A stretch of DNA of 63,666 nucleotides, filler included, from Octopus bimaculoides (Eukaryota): the NCBI RefSeq assembly GCF_001194135.2. It is 6 parts of 6 records of this genome, joined end to end, with 100 filler letters (N's around TTAATTAATTAA, not from the genome) between each part and the next. Parts side by side here need not be neighbours in the genome. Positions count along the whole stretch, not along the records: positions 20,666 to 49,026 come from NC_068981.1; positions 49,127 to 51,609 come from NC_068986.1; positions 51,710 to 55,095 come from NC_068993.1; 3 more parts are not named here. One strand, given 5' to 3'. Positions 38,810 through 51,948 of the stretch are shown in pieces. Below the pieces are notes generated by a model that was not told the origin of the DNA, ran no database searches, and saw only the letters and a list, made by a program, of their open reading frames with translations. The position numbers were made by a program, and so were the translations under genes. Position 1 is the stretch's first letter. Every line of letters begins with the position of its first letter.

Positions 38810-39170
38810 ATAACACTGACATCTCATTTTAACTGATGTATTTACGAAAATTACGTAAAAATATACTGAAATACTAAAGAATAAATTTATTCAGTAAAAT
38901 TGTCATTGGCTTCAACCACCCACTCCAGATGATTTAGGAACCCCCTGCATCTCTTTTCGATGGTCTCCTTGTTTACGATAGTAAATGCTGCCATAATCCT
39001 TGCCTTCAGTTCATACTTGGCGTTAGGAGATTTGTTTGTCTCTCGCTCAACTGCATCTCAGATTATTAACCAAGGTGGTTGCCATCTGGGGAGTTAGTTG
39101 GTCAGATGTTAGGGTCAATGTGGTCACAGAAATTGTCTGACAGCTGTGTGTGCGTGATGGAATTTTGCTT
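38810..39170 (-). mobile_element. Tc1/mariner maT (DD37D-like) transposase C-terminal relic
   Basis: LSDNFCDHIDPNI*PTNSPD..AVERETNK..ELKARIMAAF..VVEAND. Confidence 0.7.
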
Positions 39171-39936
39171 AACAATGAGTTTGGTCGTTCCTTATTAATT
39201 TGATTCAAAGAGGAGATGAAACATTACCGGAGTTCAAAGACAATGCAGAATTATAGCACTTGACATTGTCTGCAGCTATGTTTCTATTTAATGTCCGAAA
39301 AGATAGATATTATTTATTACGTGATTAGCAGACTTACGTATTTTCAGGTGGTGAAGAGCGTTTATTAGCTACCATTACATGTAACATTATTATTGATGAA
39401 ACTCGTTTATGCTTTGCTTGGATTTTGTGTCCTAGAAGAAAGAAGAAACAAAGTTGTGTTACTACATTTTGGATCTTTTAATGCTATTCCCTTCAAAATC
39501 TATGGAAACCCTGAGGTAATTTTTATCTATGTTACCCTCTCAATAATAAATATCTCGCATGTTAAATTTTAAATATTATATTTTCTTCTAGATCTGACGG
39601 AAGGTAGATTTCTTTTTATCGCAACTTTCGTTTCTTAGTGGTGTTATCTCGAGCATAATTTTCATACATAAGGAAAGCTTTCATGTTCCACGTCAATTAT
39701 ATGATCTGTACCCCTCAGTTTGTAACGGCACACGACTATATACATATCTGTGTGTATATGGGTGTGCATGTGTGTGTTGTCTGTATGCCTGTATACCTGC
39801 GTTTACATGAATACGGCTCGTTCATAAATTATCTTTGCAATTTCCTCTGTTTATTTAAGCAGATCGTAAATGTACTATATCGACAACCTACATGCCTACA
39901 CTCATGCAAACGCGAATATAAATGAATAATACACAT

Positions 39937-40010
<74 letters not shown>

Positions 40011-40020
40011 NNNNNNNNNN

Positions 40021-40096
<76 letters not shown>

Positions 40097-41059
40097 GTAC
40101 ACACACATAGATAGATAGATAGATATACACATATACGTATGCATATACAAATACATACATGTGCAAGTGTGATTGTGTGTATGTGATGTGTATCTCATTG
40201 AAAGAAATATATCTACGCAATGCACTTAAACGGAAAACCCTGCATGAAATCATCAGATACATAACTATATTGATTATAACGAAACCTGCTACCGTCAAAG
40301 TACAAAGCAACTCTGTGTAGTGTGAATGTTTATGGTCATTTGAAGCGATCGACAAATGTTTCCGTTGCTATCATTATATTGTACATGTCAAACCACATTC
40401 AGACCATTGATTGTGTTTTCTGCCAAAAGCTCTGATTACAATATTGTCATGGAAATGAATATCATTTAGAAATATCGACTGCTGGAAAATGATTATACTA
40501 CTTCCTACGAAGTATTGATTCGCTTCAAATGTACAACATCAGACAAGACACTGTGTCGTGAAACCCACAAAATCTCGTGATTGTCTTGCAGTCCTCGTCC
40601 AAATTTTTTCTCAATTCTATCACTATTGATAATTTGTGGTGGAAGATAATTTTCAGTATCACTACAATACTGTTTCAGCAGAATTTTAATTATTACAACG
40701 ATTTGAGAACCTACATAAATATATAAAATTTATTATGTTAAATTATCATAAAGTAATTATTTGATTTCAGACTCAATTTTGCCTGAGAGCAAAGAAACAA
40801 TGGTGAACATCTAGATTTTGTAATCTCGTGAGATTATTGTTGTGTGAAGTCTTACAATGCATCACAAACAGGATAAAGTTCAACTTTTATCAACAGCATA
40901 ATCTTCAAAACCAAATTCATCAAATAACCCTAAATATAAAGAGATACATTTGTCAGCGATAAAAAGTAACAAGAAAATCTCGAAAAATATGGATTTTTTT
41001 GTACTTAAAGATGGAAGACAATTACAAGTTAAATATGATTCGTCGCGGTAGAGTCGTGC

Positions 41060-43160
41060 GACTACTTTGAAATGTATTACTTATTAGACAAACAATGCTG
41101 CTCCAGAAGCGGCCTTCCAAGTCCTCTGTTGTCAGCCACATGTATGCAAATTTGGTCAAGGTCAAAATTCGACACCTGGTTGTTCAGAAGGTGTTGCCGA
41201 AAAGGCATTATACAACATTCAAAAGCATTTCGGAACGATGTTAAGCTTTTACCGGCTTGTTTTCGTTTTACGTAACGGCATTCTATATCACTATTTCTGT
41301 AGAAATTTTTTGTGCTTGCTAGTATTTTCCGGGTTTTCGTATCATAGGTTCGGATCTCATCAAGCGTCCAACAAAATAGACGAAATTTTGGTATGAGTAC
41401 AGGCACTGCAATCACACTGTGGGCCACTGTTTTATTGAATGCAAATAGTTCCTTGGTCCAAATTTTCTTTAATCGGCTAATATTCTTTAGTAACACGCGT
41501 TTTATACCAGGTGTCATTCTAAGATGTTTCCATCCACCCCTAGATACCTGTAACATTCCTCATCAGATATAGGGGAAACAGTTAAGTCATTGAAGGAGAT
41601 ATTGCCTGTCTGGTTTAAATTGTTCTCCCTTTTCACAAGCATATAGTAATATTTATCCTAACCAAATTCCAGCCCTAAAATCTCTGAGAATGTTGCAACG
41701 AAGTCAAGGTTCTTTTCTATCCTGCATATTCTTTACATAAAGATTCAAATCGTCCACAAAGAAACATTGTGTAATTTTGGTATTTTTTGTTTCTTTGTGA
41801 ACAAGTGAGATATCCATCAGACTTCCTTAACATGAATAACAAGGTATTTACAGAAAGTATAAACAGCATCATAGAGAGACTGTTCCCCTGAAATATGCCT
41901 ATGCGATAGTCTTTTCTATCAGTTATAATACAGTCACACTTTTCGGTTAATTTCAAGATGAAGTCAGGTCAGCTAAAGCTCACTGCAATTTTAGCAAGTT
42001 CAAGGGTTTCTAGCATTTATAGGTGGGGAACACAGTCAAAATCTTTCTTGTAGTCTAGCCAAATTGAAATTAGTTTCCTTCCATGCGCCTGCACCTCTTT
42101 TGTTTTCTTAATAATTGCTCAGCACATCTCTAGACTTCCTTGTTCCCAGTTGCTTGTTCTCTTTCGATGCTGTTATTGGTTTTAAGATACTCTTGGAGGA
42201 AGAGGTTTAAGAAAGCTGTATATATCTTATACATTAAGTTCTGGCATGCAAGTGGTTTTATTTGGCATGTGTGTGGTTTTGCATTTAGGGATCAATTTTG
42301 TCTTTTCCAGAGCTAATCGGTGTGGTAGCTACTGTTCCCATCGAGATGTTGCTGGTACAGATTGATAAAATATGGTCGGTAGAAGGTTAGCTTCTTGTAA
42401 CAATATCCAACAATTAAGTACCTTCTAGGTATTTTTCCATCCAGAAGTTTCTGGATCAAAGTTACAAGGGTATACACATCAATGCTGTATGGCTTCGAGT
42501 GTAATGCAGGGGCAATACTTTCTTCGGATTTCTTCCAGCCACAGAGCATTTCGATTAAACTCTTTCTCTTCACCTCAGATTTTCCTCCAGAAGGAATCTA
42601 TGTCTTCTCGTGAAGGAGCTTCTGTGAAGTTCGCTGCTTCTCCTCTCATGGCGCTGCATACTGCTGTCTGGTTAAGGTTAAAATTATTTGCTTATTGTTT
42701 TTCTCCCGCTTATTCTCTAATGATGTCTGAGTCAGTTTGCAAGTGAGTGCCCACATTTTGCAGTCTCCAAACAACATTTCTATCTCCTTCTTAACTTTTT
42801 CTTGGTAACACATATAGTAATTTGTATATTTGCTCCCAATGAGCATCATCACATGGCTGATGTTCTACCAAAAATTAGGAATCCTTTTCTCTGTCATCAA
42901 AAACCATGGTGGTACTTTCTTTGTTGTTTCCGTTTTGTTCACTTTTTGAATGCCGTTCATGTACTGCTTCACATTAGTAGGTAGAGCGTACAGACAGGCG
43001 TTAATCTGCCATGATGTAGATTCATTATAATAATGTAAATACTCGTCACTAATTTCGTTATCAACTTTTAAAACCGTGTCTTGGTGTTTTTCCTTACTCT
43101 CCTCGAGAAAGTACTTCAAAGTCAAAATTATTTTTTCTCAGAGAATTTTAGTGAGTGCAC
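41060..43160 (-). mobile_element. R4/Dong-like LINE RT region, pseudogenised
   Basis: WLDYKKDFDCVPH, GIFQGNSLS, FFVDDLNLY, YRYLG, SDIECRYVKRKQAGKSL; frameshifted. Confidence 0.85.
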
Positions 43161-43186
43161 ATTTCACCGGTATATAATCCTGACTA

Positions 43187-43189
43187 CTG

Positions 43190-43235
<46 letters not shown>

Positions 43236-43303
43236 CACTACTTCTGCTGCTGCTGCTCCCACTACTACTACTACTACTACTACTTCTGCTGCTGCTGCTG
43301 CTC

Positions 43304-43367
<64 letters not shown>

Positions 43368-43370
43368 CTA
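43187..43370. repeat. (CTA)n/(CTG)n compound microsatellite
   Basis: Directly visible. Confidence 0.95.
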
Positions 43371-44502
43371 CAATAATTGTTGCGGTCGTGCCTGCTGCTT
43401 ACCATAGTCGTAGTGAGGGGTCATTAATCTTAACCAGTACCGTAGTTTGGCTGGCAGACACTATGGAATCTGTTGGAATGTCGTTAACTGCGAAATCACG
43501 TAATGTTCTCACATTATTCGCGTTTTCGTTTTTGTTTATAAAGTTGAGAAGGAAGTTAATTTCATATCTTTCAATAGAGTTACAGTCACTAACCTTTCTA
43601 TGATAGTTCGGGCTTCAAAGATGGAGACAGTACTCATCGTATTTTCCATAAGTAGTCACCCACACCAAATACGCGTCTTGTGTCTTCGTGTTTGTATTGT
43701 ATGTATGTATGTATGTATGTATGTACGTATGTATGTATGTATGAATGTAATGTATGTATCTTCCATTTTTTAATTATTTTAAATCTTCTACTGAGGAAGG
43801 AGCCGATTTCCAACAAAGAAACAAGGTTCCCTCTTTGGGATGTATTTAACTCAGACAAATTCACATTTGTAACTTGAGAAAAGTCTTGCATATTTTTACT
43901 GTTTTGCTCACTGATTGAACTTGTAATGTACGAATCAGCCAGTCAATTTCTCTTTCAGAATTTCCCAGTATATCCAGATTCTCCTTTAAGCATTTACTAA
44001 CAAAACCTGGTGCTCCAATTATTATTGGTACGTATGAATGAATGTATGCTCTTTTAATCGTTTATGTATCAATCTATGTATCAATCATTTTCGATGCAAA
44101 TATAACGCATTACGTGTCATTATTGCAGTACTTGACCTGAGATAATATTTCTTATGGATAAGTTGTGTTTTATAATGAATTATACAAAGAAGACAGATGA
44201 AATTCATTCTGACACCGGCTGTGTAAGAATACTAGATATATTTCTACCTGGTCGGCATTGTCAATGATATTATTCATAAAAAGTAGTATGCTCAGTTGAA
44301 ATTTATCGCCAGCGGTATCGAAAAATATCTGAATTAACAAATATTTGAGTTGAGAACAGCCACCTGCGTGAAGAGAAATCCGTTAGAACGAAACAGAAGC
44401 ATTATGAAATTTAAATGGCCATCTGTGTATTATATTTAATGTAAATACATTTCGCTAAGCAAAGCTATTGCAGCATTTGACTGGGGATAATATCTCCTAT
44501 AT

Positions 44503-44843
44503 AAGGTGTAAAGATTCCCTTCAGTCATGAATGTCCATGAGATTGCACCCAGAAAGTTCCCCTTTGAAGCACAATTCTGGGTAAGGTTGATTTATGGAAG
44601 ACCAGCAGTTACCCACGCATACCAATCTCTCCTCTCCACGCCACCGTTATTATCCAAGGGAAAGACATATGGCGATACAGCTGGTCCCCAGTGATATTGC
44701 AACTCATTTCTGCATCTGAGTGAACTGGAGCAACGTGAAATAAAGTGTCTTGCTGAAGAACACAACGCACAATCAATACTAGAAGTCGAACTCACTACCT
44801 TATACATGTGAGCCCGTCGCTGTAACCACTGAACCTTGCGCAC
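44503..44843 (-). mobile_element. tRNA-derived SINE, head H1 + tail T1 (family B)
   Basis: Collinear with 1925-2275 over its whole length. Confidence 0.85.
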
Positions 44844-44966
44844 TCGTGTCCCTTCTATACATGCTGTGCATTAAATAAATGTATATATTACTGACACCAC
44901 CCAATGAAGCATAAATGCACTTAGCATTTTGATCAACTACTGTTAAGATAATTTTCGACTGCCCCA

Positions 44967-45013
<47 letters not shown>

Positions 45014-47444
45014 GTTTTCAGTAATATCTCTATAAGAGATATTATCACTTGACGATCATCGCAGTAAATTTGCTTTCCGGGACGTATAATCATTAACTAT
45101 AATATATAATTAGTTTATTCAATTTAATAATGCTTCCGTTGCGTATATTGTGGACACACAAACATATAGAAATATATTTATACACATAACATTCACACAC
45201 ACACACACCCACACACACAAAGAAAATATTCTCACACACACATGCATAAATCATTCACACACACACACACAGTAAACATTCTCTCTCACATACATGCACA
45301 AAACATTCACTCACACATTTATATATGTAATCCTACAAACAAAACGACTTTCTGTTATGAGGCATCGCAATCCTGAGTCGCTTTCATCATGCTGTAGATA
45401 GATATGTAGAAGCATAGATTTAAAGAGATATCGAAATTGAGAGAGTAAATACGGGAGGAAGCGATTATTGTACGATTATTAATTAAAATACCTATAGGTA
45501 GTTAGATAACGAGGTACTTGAAACTTTGAAAGTAGTTTCAAATTTTAGATTACTGAAGATTATCTTATCTTGCATTCTAGAATATTTATATTGATAAGCG
45601 TTACATTGATGGAAATACATAGCTAATTATGTTGAAAATGTTCGAGTGTCAATGGTAACTATAGATGTATTTTGTCGACAGAAAACAGTTAGTGATTTAT
45701 ATAACCAGTCACAAATTCGAACGCACATATACTCAATTATACATATACAGATAGACGCAGACACCGAAATCATGGAGATGAGTGCATATGAATCAACATT
45801 TTGTATCAAAGATTCTTTTATTCCACCTCAACCTTCTCTAAGAATTAGATATATTCCAGTTGTAAAATCGAAGAAAAATTAAATGTTTGAAAGAAAATGT
45901 CGCCCACGTGAATACGTGTCCTCTCACTTGAATACATCTTGAAAATTGTAACACGCGACTCCTATGGATAAAATGATACAAAGTCAATAAATGAAAAAAA
46001 TGTTTCCAATAAAGTTCAGCATTTTCTAAATGTCGTAGTAGAAGAAATATATCGAGCCATATAGTGTTAGCATATTTATCGATCGCTTATAAAGCGGAGG
46101 TTTGGACTTAACTAATGTTGACTTATACAAATACAAGTGAAATTCCTGGACAACGTCTGAAATTTCAATACCAGTAAATATCTCATCCATGTATGATAGT
46201 GAGTCAAAAGTGAAGATTCTTCCCAATACCTCAGGATCCTTCTCACCTACAAGCCGTGTACTGTCTGTTTTTAAGAAGTAGTAAACCTGTTTGATGTAAA
46301 AGGAACATCAAATTCAAAGCTGAACCAAAGTACTTGGCTGAAAGAGGCACAGACATGGGGAGTAGTTTGTATGATGTATAGAATCAAAAAGACTTTCCAA
46401 TTTCATCAGCCGACATTTAGCTAGTGTTTGATGTTTTATGCAGTTACCCTTTGTTCCAAAATAGTATCATACAAATCAACCTTTCCTTCTGAGCTGCCAG
46501 AAACCTCGGACGGTCTATAATGCGCATCGAACGTTTAAGTGTCTTCGATTAAACATTACATGCGATTCCTTACCGAATTACGTCCGGGAAATTGTCCTAA
46601 TACTAAAGTAAAAAATATAGACAACTAAGTGACATCTAGTACCTGCAAGAATGCCAGCGTATTTAAATCAATCGAACAGGAGTGAGACATGGAGTTCTAA
46701 TCTCCAAATATTGCTTGTTTGAGACACTTTGGCGCAGGCGATGCAGTCAATGTCTTTACGATATTGAATGGAAAGCTACTGTAGGACGTCTAATTTAGCG
46801 TATTTTTAACAGTGTTGGTGGCTTAATGTTAGGTTCAACTCCAGTAACAACTAAAATGGCATCTGCATCATCGCTAACACAACAATTTGTATTAATATTA
46901 ATCATAAAATGAAAGACTTAGTTCATTGAATTATGAGATTATTAATAATTATCTCGACTTCTGCATGAGAAAATAATAAGATAGTAATGAATAAAGTAGT
47001 CCTCAGGGTAGCAATCTGATAGAAGCTTGCGGGTACAAACAATTTATCATAACAAGACGCTCGTGAAGCGAGATTTCAAAAGTTAACAAATAATTACCAA
47101 ATTGTACTTTAAATGAATTTGTTAGTATAAAGTTTAGAATGAGGAAAAGGGAAGGATCAGAAATTTCGGATTAAGACATATCTTTCTCTTGAATCTGTCA
47201 ATATATGCGTGTGTATTATGTATCTAAGACTTGGCCCTTATTTCTAGCAGGTAGATGCTCATTAAGCATCATTACGATATTTCATTGCTCGATAAAGCTA
47301 TCATAACTGCGTTCCACCAATGCTACTACTGGTGATATCATCAAATTTTGAATTTATCCACAGATGATATGAACAGTAGTGACATCTAACTTCAAATCTC
47401 AGTGTTTGAATATTTCATTTATATATAATATATATACGTAGGTA

Positions 47445-47560
47445 TATATGGTTTCCATCTACTAAGTCCACTCATAAAGTGTTGCGATGCCCAGAGCCAT
47501 AGTAGAAAACACATACCTAAGATGCAAAGCAGTGGGATTGAACCTTGTGGTTGCAAAACA
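47445..47560 (-). mobile_element. SINE-A 5' fragment
   Basis: Reverse complement contains GGTTCAATCCCACTGC, CTACTATGGC, GAGTGGACTTAGTAGATGGAAAC. Confidence 0.6.
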
Positions 47561-47755
47561 AGGCGCGGTTGAGTAGTAACAAGTTCACTTCGTTATCACA
47601 AGGTTCCGTATTCATCTCAAGTATGGTATGCGTTTTTACTATGGCTTTGGATATGCCAAAAACCTTATCAGTGAACTAAGTAGATGGAATCTGTATTCAC
47701 ACACACACACACACGCACACACACATATGTACACACACCCACACACACACACATA

Positions 47756-47795
<40 letters not shown>

Positions 47796-47814
47796 AACAC
47801 ACACACACAGACTG

Positions 47815-48150
47815 ATGGCACTCCGTCGGTTCCAGTCTATAAATCAACGGAATGGACCGCTAGTGAAATTAAAGTGCAAGTGGCTGAGCGCTCTATAGAC
47901 ACACGCAACGTAACGTAGTCCTTGGGGAGATTCAGCTTGAAACAGAGAGCGACAACGAATGGCCATTTGAAATACAGGTAGAACAGAAACAGGAAGTAAG
48001 AGAGAAAGTTGTTTTGAACGAGTGCCGGAGTCTCATGGAGCTTTGGGCGTTTTCGCTCGATAAACACTCACAACTCCCGGTCTCTAAATCGAAACCCAGA
48101 TCCTACGACCGCAAACGTCCGCTGCCATAACCATTGGCCCATTGCATCTC
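47815..48150 (-). mobile_element. tRNA-derived SINE, head H2 + tail T2
   Basis: Head as at 21553/22932; tail matches 37250-37342. Confidence 0.8.
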
Positions 48151-48240
48151 TACAATATATATANNNNNNNNNNNNNNNNNNNNNNNNNNNNNNNNNNNNN
48201 NNNNNNNNNNNNNNNNNNNNNNNNNNNNNNNNNNNNNNNN

Positions 48241-48288
<48 letters not shown>

Positions 48289-48318
48289 ATATATATATTT
48301 ATATATGCATATACATAC

Positions 48319-48756
48319 ATGGGTGTGGGGTAAAAAGCTTGCTTCCCGATCACATAGTTCCGGTTTCAGTCTCATTGCATGACACTTTCGGAAAATGAAC
48401 GAAGCCCGTTGTATGTACATATATATGTGCGTGTTGTGCATGTATGTGTGTGTGTACGTGAGTGTGTGTATGTGATGTGTGTGTGTTTGTCTGGTGTGTG
48501 TGTGTGTATGCCTGTGTTTCTCCGTGTGTGTGTGTGTGTGTCTCCTTGTGTCTGAGTTTTCGCCCTAACTACCGCTTGACAACCGTTGTCGGTGGGTTTC
48601 TGTCGCCGTAACTGATAGGTTCACCGGAACCGACAGATATAATGTGTACCTATACTTTAAAAACTGTCAACTGGTGCTATTCATTTATTCGGCTAAAATT
48701 CTTCAAGGTGATGGTCCAGTATGACCGCAGTCTAACTACTGAGCCAAGTAAGAGAT
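48319..48756 (+). mobile_element. SINE family A with expanded internal (TG)-rich tract
   Basis: Head AAAAGCTTGCTTCCCGATCACAT; CCGCTTGACAACCG; 3' CCAGTATGACCGCAGTC. Confidence 0.75.
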
Positions 48757-48990
48757 TTCTATCTATCAACACATCAATTTATATTTAAAAAAATGGGATT
48801 GAAAAATCCTCGCAGATATCAAAGAAGCGCTCACAGTAATGGAATGAGTTTAAATTTCCAATAAATAGATACGAGTAAATGTAAGTAGAATACAAATCCC
48901 AGGTAAATCTTCACGTATGACAGGTAAATCCAACAATCCATATGCGGAATTTTAAGAAATTCAGAGTATTTAACAACAGCCAATAATATT

Positions 48991-49026
<36 letters not shown>

Positions 49027-49224
49027 NNNNNNNNNNNNNNNNNNNNNNNNNNNNNNNNNNNNNNNNNNNNTTAATTAATTAANNNNNNNNNNNNNNNNNN
49101 NNNNNNNNNNNNNNNNNNNNNNNNNNGTGTGTGTGTGTGTGTGTTGCTTTGTACAGTATATCTGCTTCAAGAGAAATTTGCAGAATACTATTTTGAATTA
49201 ATATTGCTTCCGTCGCTAATAATG

Positions 49225-49283
<59 letters not shown>

Positions 49284-49304
49284 TTAGTTAGTTAGTTAGT
49301 TAGT

Positions 49305-49352
<48 letters not shown>

Positions 49353-49430
49353 GAGATAGATAGGTAGACAGATAGATAGACAGAGAGAATGACTGACGGA
49401 CGGGCGGACGGAGTGACAGACAGACAGACA
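49225..49430. repeat. (GATA)n/(GTTA)n/(GACA)n microsatellite
   Basis: Directly visible. Confidence 0.95.
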
Positions 49431-49899
49431 GATTTATGTACCTCTGTATTCACACGTATATACCTAGACATAAAGAGAGATAGTAAATGGAAAATAAAAT
49501 CCGTCGTTTTCGACTATGAGCTCTCAGTTTATACAACCAACGGAACCATCTACACATTGAATTAACTTATAAGTGGTTGAGTAAAACACAAATTCATGCA
49601 TCCTTAAGGTAATTCTCAAGGAGAAGCAGCGGGGTCGAGTATGTCAAGCTTACCCCATTATATTATCTGCGGGCACAACGGGTTTCCTATTTTCGTCAAC
49701 CAAATTTCTTTCACTAGACTTGAGTTGTCCTCGGACTTTAGTGAAAGGTACCCCAGTTTTCCCACCAATCAGTTTGCGAATTCAGCAAAAGTGTAAGAAA
49801 AACACTTCCATCATTGATAGAAAGGCTTTTGCAGCTAAGAAGATTCACTGAATATTTGTTAGCATATTTTCTGAATGTTTATACTGAAATCGTTATGAA

Positions 49900-50060
49900 G
49901 AAATTGTTGAAAATTTTTTGCTTGAACTGAAATCTCTTCGTGTTTGATTCAAAAATACATAAAATGAGTAGTGCAAGTAAAAAAAATTCATCAGTATTCA
50001 GATGAACATTTGAAATTTGGATTTATACCCGCTATCTATGATAAACGGTCACCAAGTTAT
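49900..50060 (+). mobile_element. hAT (Charlie/Buster-like) transposase N-terminal relic
   Basis: MSSASKK..HQYSDEHLKFGFIPAIYDKR resembles the RQYS.EYLKFGF start of Buster-type transposases. Confidence 0.55.
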
Positions 50061-50609
50061 GGGCGAAAAACTCAGATCTTGTGAATTTTCCGAAGTCCTC
50101 TCCCCACTCTCTCCGAAAAGATTTTCCCACAAATTTCTTTATAATCGAAATCTATGTTGTTTGAAAGGTATTTATATAGAATTTCATTTTTAAAAAAAAC
50201 CATTTTTCTAAAAGTTATGAGTGAAAACTCGGATCTTGTGTATTTTCCGAAATCCTCTCTCCACCCTACCCCCGTTACTTTCCGCGCATTTATTTTTTTA
50301 TATTCGTTTCCTACACATTTTTCTACATCCGTTGCACTATTTCTTTTTTTATTTTGTTTCTAGTTAATATTGTAAACATTAACCAAATTTTGAATAAGAA
50401 AAGTTAAATATCACAAGGAGGTATCAGGATTCTAGAAATGATTCGGTGGGGCATGGCCAAAAATAGGTTGGGAGCTACTGACCTAGAGTGTTCGATGTTT
50501 GTTATTGATAATGATGATGATGATTATGACGATGACAACGACGACGAAGACGACGACGATGATGAGGAAGATATGAACTTCAGATCAGCCATTCAACTTT
50601 CTTTTATTG

Positions 50610-50825
50610 CAAGACGATGAGCTCACGGAATTGTTACAGCGGCGGTGAAAATGCTTACCGTTCTTTACGTCCGGAGTTCAAATCCTACTGAGGTAATCTT
50701 TGCCTTTCATCTTTTTGAAGTCGATAGAATAAATAACAGTCTAATACTGGGATCGGTGTAATCGATTTTCCATACACACACATCTCAAGATTGTTGGCCT
50801 TGTACCAAAATTAGAAAGAATTATT
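50610..50825 (+). mobile_element. SINE family E
   Basis: GAGTTCAAATCC B box, TTTGCCTTTCATC core, CCTTGTACCAAAATTAGAAAG tail. Confidence 0.7.
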
Positions 50826-51054
50826 CAATGTCTTCAGTTTGCCATGGCAACCGGAAGTAGCAAGGTTGAAATTTTATGTATTTAGTTTATATCGCTATTT
50901 GTGAACAATAGCGTCGTTACTTACAGGTCTCCAATACTCTAATCACTGACTGACTGCGTTTATCACAAACAACAGCCACAAGATATTATGTGCAAGTCAT
51001 TGGTCTTTACTCCAAGAACACTGATTTCTTTAATGACATTTAGACCCTCCGTCC

Positions 51055-51230
51055 AGTGTGTAGGTCGATTACACTGACGTCAATACTCAACTAGTACTTA
51101 TTTTACAGACCCCGCAAGGATGAATGACCAAGTCGAGCCCAGTGATATCTGAACTAAGAACGTAAAGGTGGAAGAAATGCCGCTACGTATTTTGTCCGGT
51201 GCGGCCAGCTCGACGCCCACCTCTAACGAT
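51055..51230 (-). mobile_element. SINE family E, degenerate
   Basis: Reverse complement of the core: CAACTAGTACTTATTTTACAGACCCC..AAGTCGAGC. Confidence 0.6.
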
Positions 51231-51520
51231 ATATATCAAAACACACTTACGCACACACATACACACACACACACACATACATACACACACAGACACAGAT
51301 GCAGACACACACACATACGCAGACATGTTTCAATCGGGTAATCGAACCTATCGGCAATAATAAAGAATTCAATGATTTGATAGTCAGAGTAAGAACACGT
51401 GATGTTTGTTATCTTCATACTACATCGTCATGTGCTTGACTCTCATCTCCTCTGAGGATACCAGAATCATAACAGTTGGCAATACTTTCTGTCTGTAGAG
51501 TGCGTGCATGTATTTGTGTG

Positions 51521-51555
<35 letters not shown>

Positions 51556-51709
51556 CAATTAAAAGGGTAAAGGTTTATCAATTTATTAATTTATTAATTT
51601 ATATATATANNNNNNNNNNNNNNNNNNNNNNNNNNNNNNNNNNNNNNNNNNNNTTAATTAATTAANNNNNNNNNNNNNNNNNNNNNNNNNNNNNNNNNNN
51701 NNNNNNNNN

Positions 51710-51742
<33 letters not shown>

Positions 51743-51914
51743 TATATATATATGTAAGTGTGGATAAGCGTGCATGTGCACATGTTTGGGAAACACACAC
51801 AGACGCACATACATAGAAGACATAGATACACAAGCAGTTAGTCTCCTGGTATTAGACACATACTTACAGAGACATAAATTTATGCTTACGCACACACAAT
51901 CACTCTCTCTATCC

Positions 51915-51948
<34 letters not shown>

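Noticed and set aside
46026-46307. 93-codon stop-free frame on the minus strand
   Set aside because: No recognisable domain; the length is compatible with chance in 63 kb.
46378-46415. Minus-strand CUGAUGA..GAAA..UUC hammerhead-like string
   Set aside because: No credible helix II (5 nt) or helix I; likely chance.
50055-50280. About 60-bp direct repeat (50055-50115 and 50212-50275)
   Set aside because: Two diverged copies, probably internal to an unclassified dispersed repeat; no further structure seen.
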